DNA of 64,000 nucleotides, from the IMG/VR virus record IMGVR_UViG_3300045988_176782, positions 103,279 through 167,278 of that record; one strand, written 5' to 3'. Made by a program: the position numbers and the translations under genes. Positions 52,697-61,864 of the stretch are shown one piece after another. The notes under the pieces were generated by a model. That model saw only the letters and a list, made by a program, of their open reading frames with translations, was not told the DNA's origin and ran no database searches. How positions within the stretch are numbered: position 1 is the stretch's first letter; each line of letters opens with the position of its first letter. Source of the stretch: a virus.

Positions 52697-53239
52697 ATGA
52701 GCTGGCTAAAAGGAGATAAAATTACAGCAGAGGATTTCATTGCTATTAAAGAAAAAGTTAAAAACGAATTAGCTCGGCGAAATGCAGAAGGAAGTGTAGC
52801 AAACTATGCAACGAGCTATACTGATATGCCTGTATAGAAAGGGAAAATAAAAGTTAGCCATATTACAGAAATTGTTGAACCATTGAGTCATATTAATAAT
52901 GTAGATTATGATTTAAATAAACCAATTACAATAAAATCTTTAACTACAATTCAAACAATGTTAAATAGTTTAACCACAGCAGAAAAGGCTGCATCAACAT
53001 TAGAAGCAACCGGGTGTAAAGCTTCCTGCACTGGTTTATGTTATACATCTTGTTCAGAAACGTGTCGTTCTTGTGGAGATAGTTGCAGTCAAAATTGTGA
53101 TACTGGATGCAATTGGACTTGTAAAGGGTCATGCCGCAATACTTGTTCTGGACGCTGCAAAGGTAGCTGTGGAACTACTTGCCAATTGGGCTGTTCTAAC
53201 AATTGCAAAGGAAGCAGTGTAGGTGGCTGTTCTGCATAA
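52697..53239 (+). CDS. CXXX-repeat protein: tail-fibre-like N-domain plus C-terminal run of 18 Cys; one in-frame TAG (52835)
   Basis: MSWLKGDKITAEDFIAIKEKVKNEL N-terminus. C-terminus CKASCTGLCYTSCSETCRSCGDSCSQNCDTGCNWTCKGSCRNTCSGRCKGSCGTTCQLGCSNNC (15 of 17 spacings are exactly CxxxC). Confidence 0.7.
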
Positions 53240-53476
53240 AATATACAGTAAATTAAATAAATATTAAGTGCTATAATGATCGAACAAAAATTTATTCCTT
53301 TAATAATTCAATATAATATATTCAATATATTAAATACTAAATTGCTTGTATTATTAGATTTGATTTTCCTAACCACAAAACCGTTGCTTTAGAATCTATT
53401 ATAAAATAAGGCATAGAATAATTTCCTAATTTTAACCTAAAACAAATTTAATCTAGGAGCTTCGTTGCTCCTACTT

Positions 53477-53550
53477 GCCGAAATAGCATAATGGTAGTGC
53501 AAGGCTCTTGTAAAGCTTAGATTTCAGTTCAATTCTGAATTTCGGCTCCA
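53477..53550 (+). tRNA. tRNA-Thr (TGT)
   Basis: Acceptor GCCGAAA/TTTCGGC. D arm GCAT..GTGC. Stem AGGCT/AGCTT, loop CT-TGT-AA. T arm TTCAG-TTCAATT-CTGAA. CCA encoded. Confidence 0.85.
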
Positions 53551-53992
53551 TTTAACCAGACTGAGAGTTAGAGGTAAATACCTGCTCGTGATGATTTTAA
53601 ATGTAATCATGAAAACCTCATAAAATATGGCACGCAGAGAGCTAGGCTCTACAATGGAAACGCTATACGAGATAGGAGACCCCTTACAGACGTAACAGTG
53701 TATGCCAAGATGCCGCGGCATAAGGTGCAATTCCTGAGTAATTGGTGTCGGCAAGTCCGAGCTGTTTTAAAGGAGCGGGCAGAGCGCAAAAATATGATGG
53801 GACAACTGCTTACCTCATATTTTGCTCAGTAGGCGGTCGTGCCGCAGGAAGGCCCACAGGTATGTGGAGTATAGCAAGTCGGGGAGTTAGATGCAAGCCA
53901 GAATTGGGTTAGAACCGACAGGGAGAATAATTCTCTAACAGAGTAAAGGTATGGATGCGGCAATGAGACGCGACCTTTACTCTTTTTATTTT
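53551..53992 (+). ncRNA. structured RNA of about 440 nt between tRNA-Thr and the DUF2828/Ro-like gene, ending in an intrinsic terminator
   Basis: No sense ORF; GC-richer than the surroundings. Long-range GTTAGAG (53566-72) / CTCTAAC (53927-33). T-arm-like GTCGG-CAAGT-CCGAG. Terminal hairpin AGAGTAAAGGT...ACCTTTACTCT plus a T-run. Confidence 0.5.
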
Positions 53993-53997
53993 AAAAT

Positions 53998-54026
53998 TTG
54001 ACTTTTCTAAAATTTTCTCCTATAAT
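53998..54026 (+). promoter_or_regulatory. promoter TTGACT-N17-TATAAT
   Basis: -35 at 53998-54003, -10 at 54021-26. Confidence 0.7.
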
Positions 54027-54087
54027 ATGTCTATAAAAGATAAGCAATAGCTCTATTGCTTCCAAAATGAAAAGGAGAAAAGAAAAC

Positions 54088-55575
54088 ATGAATAATCTAC
54101 TAAATTCCCTAAAGCAAGAAACCAACTATACCTACACCACCAATGGCGCAGTAGCGCACAAATCTACCCTAAACAAAGTCCTTGATCTATTTGCCCTTGG
54201 CGGCGCTTATCGTGTAAAGAGTGACAATGACGTTATTCTTCTCTTTAAAGAAGCATATGACGAGAATCCTGAACTCGCGCTAAAGTGCTTGTTCTTTATT
54301 CGTGATATTCGCGGCAATGGTTATGGTGAACGTCGCTTTTTCCGTGTATGCCTTCATTGGCTTGCTACACAACATCCCGAAGTTGTGAAGCGAAATATTA
54401 ACTATATTCCATTTGTTGGCCGTTATGACGACCTCTATGCTATAATGGATACTCCTTGTATGCTGGATGCTTTTACTTTCTTTGATCGCCAACTGCGACT
54501 TGATATGGAATGCCAAACTCCCAGTTTATGTGCAAAGTGGATTTGGTCAATGAATTGTTCTTCTGCCGAACATAAGAAATATGGTAAGGCACTTGCAGAT
54601 TATATGCGTTTAACTCCTAAGCAATATCGTAAGATGCTTACTGGTTTGCGCGCGAAGATTAAGATTGTTGAAACTCTAATGTCTCAGAATCGTTGGGATG
54701 AAATTCAATTTGATAAATTACCTTCTAAGGCCGGCTTTAAGTATCGTAATGCTTTTGCAAAGAACGATTACACTAAAGAACGCTATGAAGCCTTTATGAA
54801 GTCTAAGACCACTAAGGTAAATGCAAAAACCTTATTCCCCTATGAAGTCGTAAAGCAAGCTATTAACGCTGATTGGCAAGATGAACTAACCTGCAATACT
54901 CTTGAGAAGTATTGGGAGAATCTTGCTGACTATTTCAATAATGCTACTTTTAATGCTCTGGCCATTGTTGATACTTCTGGTTCTATGCGTAGTGGTGCTG
55001 CTTCCGCCGCGCCTATTGATGTGGCAATTTCTCTTGGTATGTATTGTGCGGAAAAAGCTAATGGTCCTTTTAAGAATCATTATATCAGTTTTTCCTCTAA
55101 GCCTCAATTGATTGAAATTAAGGGTGTCAATTTTGTTGACAAGGTTCAGCGTATTTACCAAACTAATCTTTGTGAAAATACTAACATTGAAGCTACTTTT
55201 GATCTTCTTTTAAATAATATTGTGAAGTATAATTTAAATGAAGAAGATATTCCAGAGTATCTTGTAATTATTTCCGATATGCAGTGGGACGAAGGGGTTT
55301 GTGAAATTCGCGGGCGATACTATATGCCTGCGGCGAATCCTCAAACTTTAATTGACCAAATTAAAGAAAAGTGGAAAAGTGTCGGAATAAGGATGCCTAA
55401 ATTAATTTTCTGGAATGTCAACGCAAAACATCCTGTCATCCCTGCTCTTGATGGAAATTACAGTTATATCAGCGGCTTTAGCCCCGCGATTTTTGAACAA
55501 ATTATGACCGGTAAAACCGGCGTAGAACTAATGCTTGAAGCACTAAGTTCTGAACGTTATAAAGACATTCATTAA
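54088..55575 (+). CDS. DUF2828-type protein: helical-repeat N-domain plus C-terminal vWA (Ro60/TROVE-like architecture)
   Basis: YTTNGAVAHKSTLNKVLDLFALGGAYR N-terminal signature. MIDAS IVDTSGSM. GGAGAA RBS before ATG 54088 (ATG 54067 is also in frame). Confidence 0.6.
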   Translation: MNNLLNSLKQETNYTYTTNGAVAHKSTLNKVLDLFALGGAYRVKSDNDVILLFKEAYDENPELALKCLFFIRDIRGNGYGERRFFRVCLHWLATQHPEVVKRNINYIPFVGRYDDLYAIMDTPCMLDAFTFFDRQLRLDMECQTPSLCAKWIWSMNCSSAEHKKYGKALADYMRLTPKQYRKMLTGLRAKIKIVETLMSQNRWDEIQFDKLPSKAGFKYRNAFAKNDYTKERYEAFMKSKTTKVNAKTLFPYEVVKQAINADWQDELTCNTLEKYWENLADYFNNATFNALAIVDTSGSMRSGAASAAPIDVAISLGMYCAEKANGPFKNHYISFSSKPQLIEIKGVNFVDKVQRIYQTNLCENTNIEATFDLLLNNIVKYNLNEEDIPEYLVIISDMQWDEGVCEIRGRYYMPAANPQTLIDQIKEKWKSVGIRMPKLIFWNVNAKHPVIPALDGNYSYISGFSPAIFEQIMTGKTGVELMLEALSSERYKDIH

Positions 55576-55601
55576 GAGAGCTTAGGCTCTCTTATTTTTT
55601 T
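55574..55601 (+). terminator. intrinsic terminator
   Basis: AAGAGAGC/GCTCTCTT hairpin plus a T-run. Confidence 0.75.
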
Positions 55602-55616
55602 AGGTGGTGAAACTTT

Positions 55617-57911
55617 ATGAGTGGAGGATTTTCTGGCGTTGGCGGCTATGCTGTTATTCTAACTCCAGAAGGCGCATCGCTATATGGCGGCGGAAATGCA
55701 AGTTTTGAAGCACTTGTCACTGCTGCAACAGGCCAAATAGATATTGAGGCAACAACATAGGAAATTCTTGCTATTTTATATTAGCAATATGAAGAACAAA
55801 CAATAATAGAAAGGAATATACGGGCAGCTTATGGCAATGAAACTATTGAAAATATTATAAAATCCTTACGCGGAGAAACTTCTAAAGTAATGAGCGGCAC
55901 ACCAGAAATGATACAAAATCTTAAGCAAAATTTGGCCGACTGGCAGAACAAAGAAAAGAGTCGTAAAGAAACAATCGCCCAAATTCGTGGAGATTCTGAA
56001 CATTATTATCAAGTTTATAATACTTTAGTAGACGGATTAGTTGCCTTAGCTAATCAATTAACTAATATGGATGAAAAAGCATTACGAACTGGTCCTGGTA
56101 TCATTGAAACATTAATTCATAAATGGGAAAATTCTTCCAGTCAATTAGAGCAAGAAGCCGCGAAAATGGCGCAATCTTTTTCCAAATTAGATTTAGATAA
56201 TGAATCATTTATTAAAGATATGAATAGTACCTTTGACAAAATTAGAGAGACAATTAACAAAGAAGACATGGCCTATTCTTATGACCCTACTTCTAATACC
56301 ACTGAACTTAAAAATCCAGAATTAACCGCGGCTATTTAGGAATTACTTGCCTTTCAAGAAAAAATCCGCAGTGATATAGATAAAAAAAGTAAACGCAGTA
56401 AAAAGAAAAAACAAAGACTTCTTGCTATGTGGAATAATATTAAATTTGCCAATTGGAATGCAAGAACCAGTAAACTTGGTCAGGCATTAAATCAAAAAGG
56501 TAAAAACGACCCAATGATAATTTTAAATAGTTTAAGGCAAAAAGTCTATGATGTGGCTAAATAGCAATTAGAGGAAAACACTGGACGAAAAGCCACAGAT
56601 AAAGAGCAACAAAAACTTCGTTCTTCAATTACAGAAATTCAAACTAAAGCTGTCAATGAGCTAAGTGAACAAACTAAAGACTATGCAGTACGGCAACTTA
56701 TTTCACTTGTATTTGGCGACCAAGCACAAATTGGTCCATTAAAAGGACTACTTGCCGAGCAATTTAAAACTGCAATGGCTAAATCCTATATACAAGATGT
56801 AAATAATTCAGTTCAGCAAGCCTATCAATAGGCCATTGGTGCAGTATGGGAAGAAATTATAACAAAGCTTTGGCTAACAGGGAAAGATACAAGAAATGTA
56901 AAAATATTAGTACCAGGCCCTGAAGACCTTAAAGACATAGTATAGTCTGATGATGATTTAAGAATAGGAACAGATATTAATGCTTTTGATAATGAAAATA
57001 AACGGTATGGCACGCAACATCGTTTAAAGCGAACGAATGAAGAAATTTTTAAAGGCTATCAAAAAAATAAGAATAAAAAAGATGCCCTTAGCGTTTCATA
57101 GCGCGAACTCAAAACTTGGTTAAAGTCAATTAGCGGGAAAAAAGATTTACCAAACTTACAAGCAAGTTTAGACAACTATTTTAATGAAAATATTATTGAC
57201 CTCCCTTCTATTCAAAAACAATTTGATAAAGTAGATAGTGTTCAAGCGGCGACAGTGGGAAAGAATCCATATTACATTGCTTTCTCAGAAAAGCAACGTA
57301 CTGCAGGTGGTATGACTGGTTCTATTGGTTTAATGGGCGATGATATTAGCAGATTTAATAATATGAAAGCTTCTGGAACTAATTTATATAGTTCTTTAGA
57401 TTTAATTAGTTAGAATGGTTCAGACAAATCTATTCCTACTGCACAAATAATGTTCGCAATGCTGAATCAATCTACTGCTTCTATATATCATGGTGATGCT
57501 GGTGTTCAGGAGTAGATAAGAAATTATATTAAAATGCAACTTGCGGCAAAAGTATTAGATTTGGCATTTAATAGAGTAAATTTTTTCTTCAATCAGCAAC
57601 AAAAAGGTATTGATATGAATCAAAAAAATACTCTATTTGTTATGAATGTTAATAATCTTTATGTCTCTTCCACGGCCATATTACGCGGCCTTATTGAAAA
57701 ATTTCAAAATTATCAAGACGTAATTGCTGACATCGTTTATGTTAATGTAGAATTTGATACTGCCCACCAAGCTTATCCCCTATGGATGACCGCGATTGCA
57801 AGTCAAGGTGGCGGCGATGCAAATCAAGCAGCCCGTTGGGGATTTGTTGCTAATCAAGTTGCTGCTAATACTAAATTGAATGTTTCTCTCAGCATTGCAA
57901 ATTTAATGTAG
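55617..57911 (+). CDS. large (764 aa) virion-type protein, nine in-frame TAG
   Basis: ATG 55617; ORFs 55890-56339 and 57534-57911 are in the same frame, and the frame stays open throughout if TAG is read as sense. Confidence 0.6.
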
Positions 57912-57928
57912 TTATTTGATTTTTAAAT

Positions 57929-57957
57929 TTGACATAAATAAAAATTTTAAATATAAT
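57929..57957 (+). promoter_or_regulatory. promoter TTGACA-N17-TATAAT
   Basis: -35 at 57929-34, -10 at 57952-57. Confidence 0.7.
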
Positions 57958-57988
57958 AAAGAAAAAAATAAGGAAGTGAACGCCTACT

Positions 57989-59236
57989 ATGAAGGCATAT
58001 TTAGCAGCGCCCATTTTTACTGAACGAGACCGAAATTTTAATTCTTATTTAGAAGCAGAAATTTTGAAAGTATGCCCTGATTTAGATTTGTATTTGGCGC
58101 AAAATAACCAAACAATTAACGATAAATCACAATGTGCAACTTCTGCTGATATTTATGTAGGAGATATTTCTCGGCTAAAACAAGCAGATTTAGTAATTAG
58201 TATTATGTCTGGAGACCTTCCTCCTATAGGAAGCTCCTATGAAACGGCGTATTTTTGTGCATTATGCGAACAAGACGACCGAAAAACTATTATTGCACTT
58301 TATGACGATAGCCGAGAAGGCAGCAAAACTTATTCTTCTGGTAAATTGGACGCAATGTTAAGTGGGATTGGCGAGAATCAATGGCCATATGTTAATTTGT
58401 TAGCAGTTGGTTACGTTAAAAAGAATGGCGTAATTTGTTCTACCAGTGAAGAACTTATTCAGCAAGTAAAGCGCCAATACGACCTTTTTACTGATTCTCG
58501 CCAAAGCGGTATTTATAAAATTACAAATTTAAAGAACAATATGATTTATATTGGTCAAACAAAAAACCTCCACGATAGGAAACTTCAGCATTGGCGACCT
58601 AGCGAACGTGAGAAGTATCGTGATGCTCCTTTATATCAAGATATGAATCAAATAGGTTTAGATTATTTTAAATTTGAGATTATTGAAAAATGTGATTTAG
58701 AGCAATTATCTGAACGTGAGCGATATTGGATTGACTACTATGATAGTTATAATTTAGGTTATAATCGTAGCAATGGTGGCTGTACTCTTGAAAATATGGA
58801 TAACTTTACAAGTAGTCAAACCACAGAAATTTATTGTTATAACTTAGATGGCAGTTTTGATAAAAAATATTGCAGTATCTCAAGTGCCGCTCGTGCTATA
58901 GGTTTTCCTCAAAGTCGTGGCGATATAAGCAGATGTGCTTTATTAAATGACAACCATCATCAATCCGGGGGAAAAATGTGGAGTTATCACTATACTGAGA
59001 ATTTTCCTCCATATCAACCTCCATTAAGGGGAAAACAGATTCATTGCTATGATTTAAAAACCAGATTATATATAAAAAGCTATGATAATGCCGTTCGTGC
59101 TGGTGAGGAAATTTTTGGGCATCGCGCTCCACATATTAATGATGCCGCTACAGGAAAGCGTTGTAGCTGTGGTGGGTATCTTTGGGCATATAAATATTTT
59201 GAACGTCTGCCAGAGAAATATCATGAAAATTTATGA
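57989..59236 (+). CDS. fusion protein: nucleoside 2-deoxyribosyltransferase-like N-domain plus GIY-YIG nuclease plus DNA-binding repeats
   Basis: N-terminus MKAYLAAPIFTERDRNFN...ADLVISIM...SSYETAYF (NDT fold). Middle SGIYKITNLKNNMIYIGQTKNL...RERYWIDYYDS..GYNRSNGG (GIY-YIG). C-terminal GGKMWSY / CGGYLWAY repeats. Confidence 0.65.
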   Translation: MKAYLAAPIFTERDRNFNSYLEAEILKVCPDLDLYLAQNNQTINDKSQCATSADIYVGDISRLKQADLVISIMSGDLPPIGSSYETAYFCALCEQDDRKTIIALYDDSREGSKTYSSGKLDAMLSGIGENQWPYVNLLAVGYVKKNGVICSTSEELIQQVKRQYDLFTDSRQSGIYKITNLKNNMIYIGQTKNLHDRKLQHWRPSEREKYRDAPLYQDMNQIGLDYFKFEIIEKCDLEQLSERERYWIDYYDSYNLGYNRSNGGCTLENMDNFTSSQTTEIYCYNLDGSFDKKYCSISSAARAIGFPQSRGDISRCALLNDNHHQSGGKMWSYHYTENFPPYQPPLRGKQIHCYDLKTRLYIKSYDNAVRAGEEIFGHRAPHINDAATGKRCSCGGYLWAYKYFERLPEKYHENL

Positions 59237-59261
59237 ATAAAGAATATGTTAAGGAGTTTTG

Positions 59262-60512
59262 ATGATGATTTATAATATTTCTGACCGCCCACCTTTTGGA
59301 AAGAATCTTCTATTCTCTCTCCAACTTGTGCTTGCCTGTTTCGTCGCAACTTGTTTAATTGCTCAAATTTGCGGTGTTTCCGCAGCTGCTGCACTTGTCG
59401 GCGCAGGTATTGGCACGATTTTTTATCTGATTATTACTAACTTCAAAAGCCCAATGTATATTAGTAGTTCTGGCGCTTTTGTTGCACCTGTTCTCGCCGC
59501 TCTAACTCTTGGAGGTTATACTGGTGCGGTGATTGGTGGAATTATTTCTTGTATTGTATATTGTATTTTTGGATACATTTTTTCCAAAGTTGATGTTGAT
59601 AATATTTATAAGATTTTCCCAAAAACTTTAATTGGCGCTATTACCGCAGTTATTGGTATTAATCTTATGCCGTTCTGCTTAACTTATGTACAAATTGCAG
59701 GTCAGACTTCAATTTGGGGCGTTGTAATTGCTTTTATTACTATGACCGCAATTGCATTAATCTCCCAATATGCTAAGGGACTTGGTAAAATTTTGCCTTT
59801 CTTACTCGGCACACTAATTGGTTATGGAGTCGCAATTATTTTAACTCTAACTGGTATTTATCCCATTGTTGATTTTAGCGTATTCCAGAATCTTAAGTTA
59901 TTCGCTGTTCCTGATTTTGGATTCTTCCATTTCTCAACAATTTCTTGGAGTGCAATTCTTTCTATTGTTGTTCTGTATATTGTTTATACCGTTTCCGCTT
60001 CTATGGAATTGCTTTCTGACCACGCCGCACTTGGTGCGATTATTGGAACAGATCTATATAGAAACCCTGGCCTAAGTAAGATTTATTTTGGTGAAGGCGC
60101 AGCTAACTTGGTTAATGGCTTATTTAGCGGATTAGGTTCATGCTCATACGGAGAAGGAATTAGCACCGTCGGGTTTTCTAAGGTAGCATCAACTTGGACC
60201 ACACTTTGGGCTGCAATTATTATGATTGTTCTTGGTTTCTTTGGTCCAGTGCAAGCGTTAATTACTTCTATTCCTTCTTGTGTATTCTGTGGCGCAGCAT
60301 TGATTTTGTATGGTTTTATCACTTGTAGTGGTATTAAGATGTTACAACAAGTAGATTTAAATAATAATAAGAACATTACCGTCGTTTCTGTTGTTCTTTC
60401 TCTAGGTATTAGTGGTATTGCCATTGGCAGCACAACCTTTGCCTTATCTGGTGTAGCACTTGCTTTAATTGCTGGTGTTGTGCTTAACTTGATTTTAAAA
60501 AATAAAAATTAA
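59262..60512 (+). CDS. nucleobase:cation symporter-2 (uracil/xanthine permease-like)
   Basis: SDRPPFGKNLLFSLQLVLACFVAT resembles UraA ERPPL...LSLQHLFAMFGAT. At least 10 TM segments. Confidence 0.7.
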   Translation: MMIYNISDRPPFGKNLLFSLQLVLACFVATCLIAQICGVSAAAALVGAGIGTIFYLIITNFKSPMYISSSGAFVAPVLAALTLGGYTGAVIGGIISCIVYCIFGYIFSKVDVDNIYKIFPKTLIGAITAVIGINLMPFCLTYVQIAGQTSIWGVVIAFITMTAIALISQYAKGLGKILPFLLGTLIGYGVAIILTLTGIYPIVDFSVFQNLKLFAVPDFGFFHFSTISWSAILSIVVLYIVYTVSASMELLSDHAALGAIIGTDLYRNPGLSKIYFGEGAANLVNGLFSGLGSCSYGEGISTVGFSKVASTWTTLWAAIIMIVLGFFGPVQALITSIPSCVFCGAALILYGFITCSGIKMLQQVDLNNNKNITVVSVVLSLGISGIAIGSTTFALSGVALALIAGVVLNLILKNKN

Positions 60513-60537
60513 AGTGCTTCGGCACTTTATTTTTTTT
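60511..60537 (+). terminator. intrinsic terminator
   Basis: AAAGTGC-TTCG-GCACTTT hairpin plus a T-run. Confidence 0.75.
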
Positions 60538-60592
60538 ACTTTTTTTAAAATTTATCGTATAATACTTATATAAAAGGAAAGGAAGTTGAACT

Positions 60593-61405
60593 ATGGATAT
60601 TATTATTGAATTAAATAAACATGCTCACAAAGCAGAAGAATATGCTCGTGAAAGAAACAATATTCCATTTATCACATTACTTCAAGGCAGTCAAAATTAC
60701 AATCTTGACGATGAAAATAGCGATATAGATACAAAAACTATCGTTGTTCCAACTTGGAGAAAAATGGTTTTGGATAAACAGCCTCTTTCCACCACTTTAG
60801 AAATGCCGGATTCTTCTCATGTAGACATTAAAGATGCACGAGAGATGATTGCTTGTTATAAAAAACAAAACATTAATTTCGTAGAAACACTATTCACAGA
60901 CTATAGCGATTTATCTTATAAAATTAATGTCTATACCGACCTCTGGAATGAACTTTTGCGACATCGTGAAGATATTGCTCACTATAATCGTTATGCCGCA
61001 ATTCAGTGTGTAAGAGGCCAAGCATATAACAAATATAGGGGTTTTAGCCATCCAAGTGAAGGTAATAAAAAAATCTTTGAAGAATATGGTTATATGCCAA
61101 AAGAACTACATCATCTACATCGTAATTTAATTTTTCTCAAAAAATATTTAAATGATATGCCATATAAGGAATGTTTAGTTTGTTCTGAAAAAGAACGCGA
61201 AATCCTTATGCACTTTAAACGAGACAAACTTCCATTTGAACAAGCCGAGAAAAGTCGTGAGTGGGCTTTTAAACAAATTGACACTATTTGTGATAACTAC
61301 TGTTTAACTCATAAAAATGAATTTAATAAGCAAACTAATGACTTCCTAAATGATTGGCTTTATAGACTATTCAAAACTGTTAATGAAAAACAAGGAGAAA
61401 GATAA
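60593..61405 (+). CDS. predicted nucleotidyltransferase (RlaP/PF10127-like)
   Basis: ITLLQGSQNYNLDDENSDIDTKTIV matches the GS..yg....SD.D signature. Confidence 0.55.
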   Translation: MDIIIELNKHAHKAEEYARERNNIPFITLLQGSQNYNLDDENSDIDTKTIVVPTWRKMVLDKQPLSTTLEMPDSSHVDIKDAREMIACYKKQNINFVETLFTDYSDLSYKINVYTDLWNELLRHREDIAHYNRYAAIQCVRGQAYNKYRGFSHPSEGNKKIFEEYGYMPKELHHLHRNLIFLKKYLNDMPYKECLVCSEKEREILMHFKRDKLPFEQAEKSREWAFKQIDTICDNYCLTHKNEFNKQTNDFLNDWLYRLFKTVNEKQGER

Positions 61406-61406
61406 T

Positions 61407-61817
61407 ATGCTTGTTAGCGATATGACAATTGAAAACTTCGCGAACTTACCAGACTTTGAAGATTTACCTGAAAGTATGCAAGTTGAAGTTGTAGATGGGT
61501 TTGTAGTAATTCCAGATGAAACATATGAAAAAGGAATTTCTGGCCGCACATTTTTTAAATTTGCATTGTGTAAAAATGAAACTCCATTTTGTATTAAACA
61601 TATTCATGCAGACATTCTTTCACTTTATGATACTGGATGGCAAGCCATTTATCTAAGTAAAAGTGGTTATATGTATTTTTATAATTATGATGCAACGACT
61701 TTTAAACGCAATGATTTTCGTTGCGGTGAAGAAAATGGTGCTGTTGGTTTAGTTGATGAGCATTCTTCTTTAAATCGTAAGAGTGATATAGTTCGTAGAT
61801 TATTATGGTCTTGTTGA
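61407..61817 (+). CDS. hypothetical protein
   Basis: GGAGAAAG RBS before ATG 61407 within ORF 61350-61817. Confidence 0.5.
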   Translation: MLVSDMTIENFANLPDFEDLPESMQVEVVDGFVVIPDETYEKGISGRTFFKFALCKNETPFCIKHIHADILSLYDTGWQAIYLSKSGYMYFYNYDATTFKRNDFRCGEENGAVGLVDEHSSLNRKSDIVRRLLWSC

Positions 61818-61864
61818 TGAAAGAGAAAAACATCTTACTACATTAGAAAGGAAAATAAATAAAA

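Noticed and set aside
53551-53992. The 440-nt RNA as RNase P RNA, tmRNA or a group I/II intron.
   Set aside because: The conserved RNase P strings (GAGGAAAGTCC, ACAGAA..GGCTTA) are absent. There is no tRNA-like 3' end with CCA and no tag ORF for tmRNA. There is no domain-V-like hairpin and no interrupted host gene.
1-57911. Reading the many short same-strand ORF fragments as pseudogenes or a degraded prophage under the standard code.
   Set aside because: The breaks are always TAG, never TAA or TGA. The downstream pieces stay in frame, lack RBS and start signals, and continue recognisable domains. Recoding explains all of them at once.
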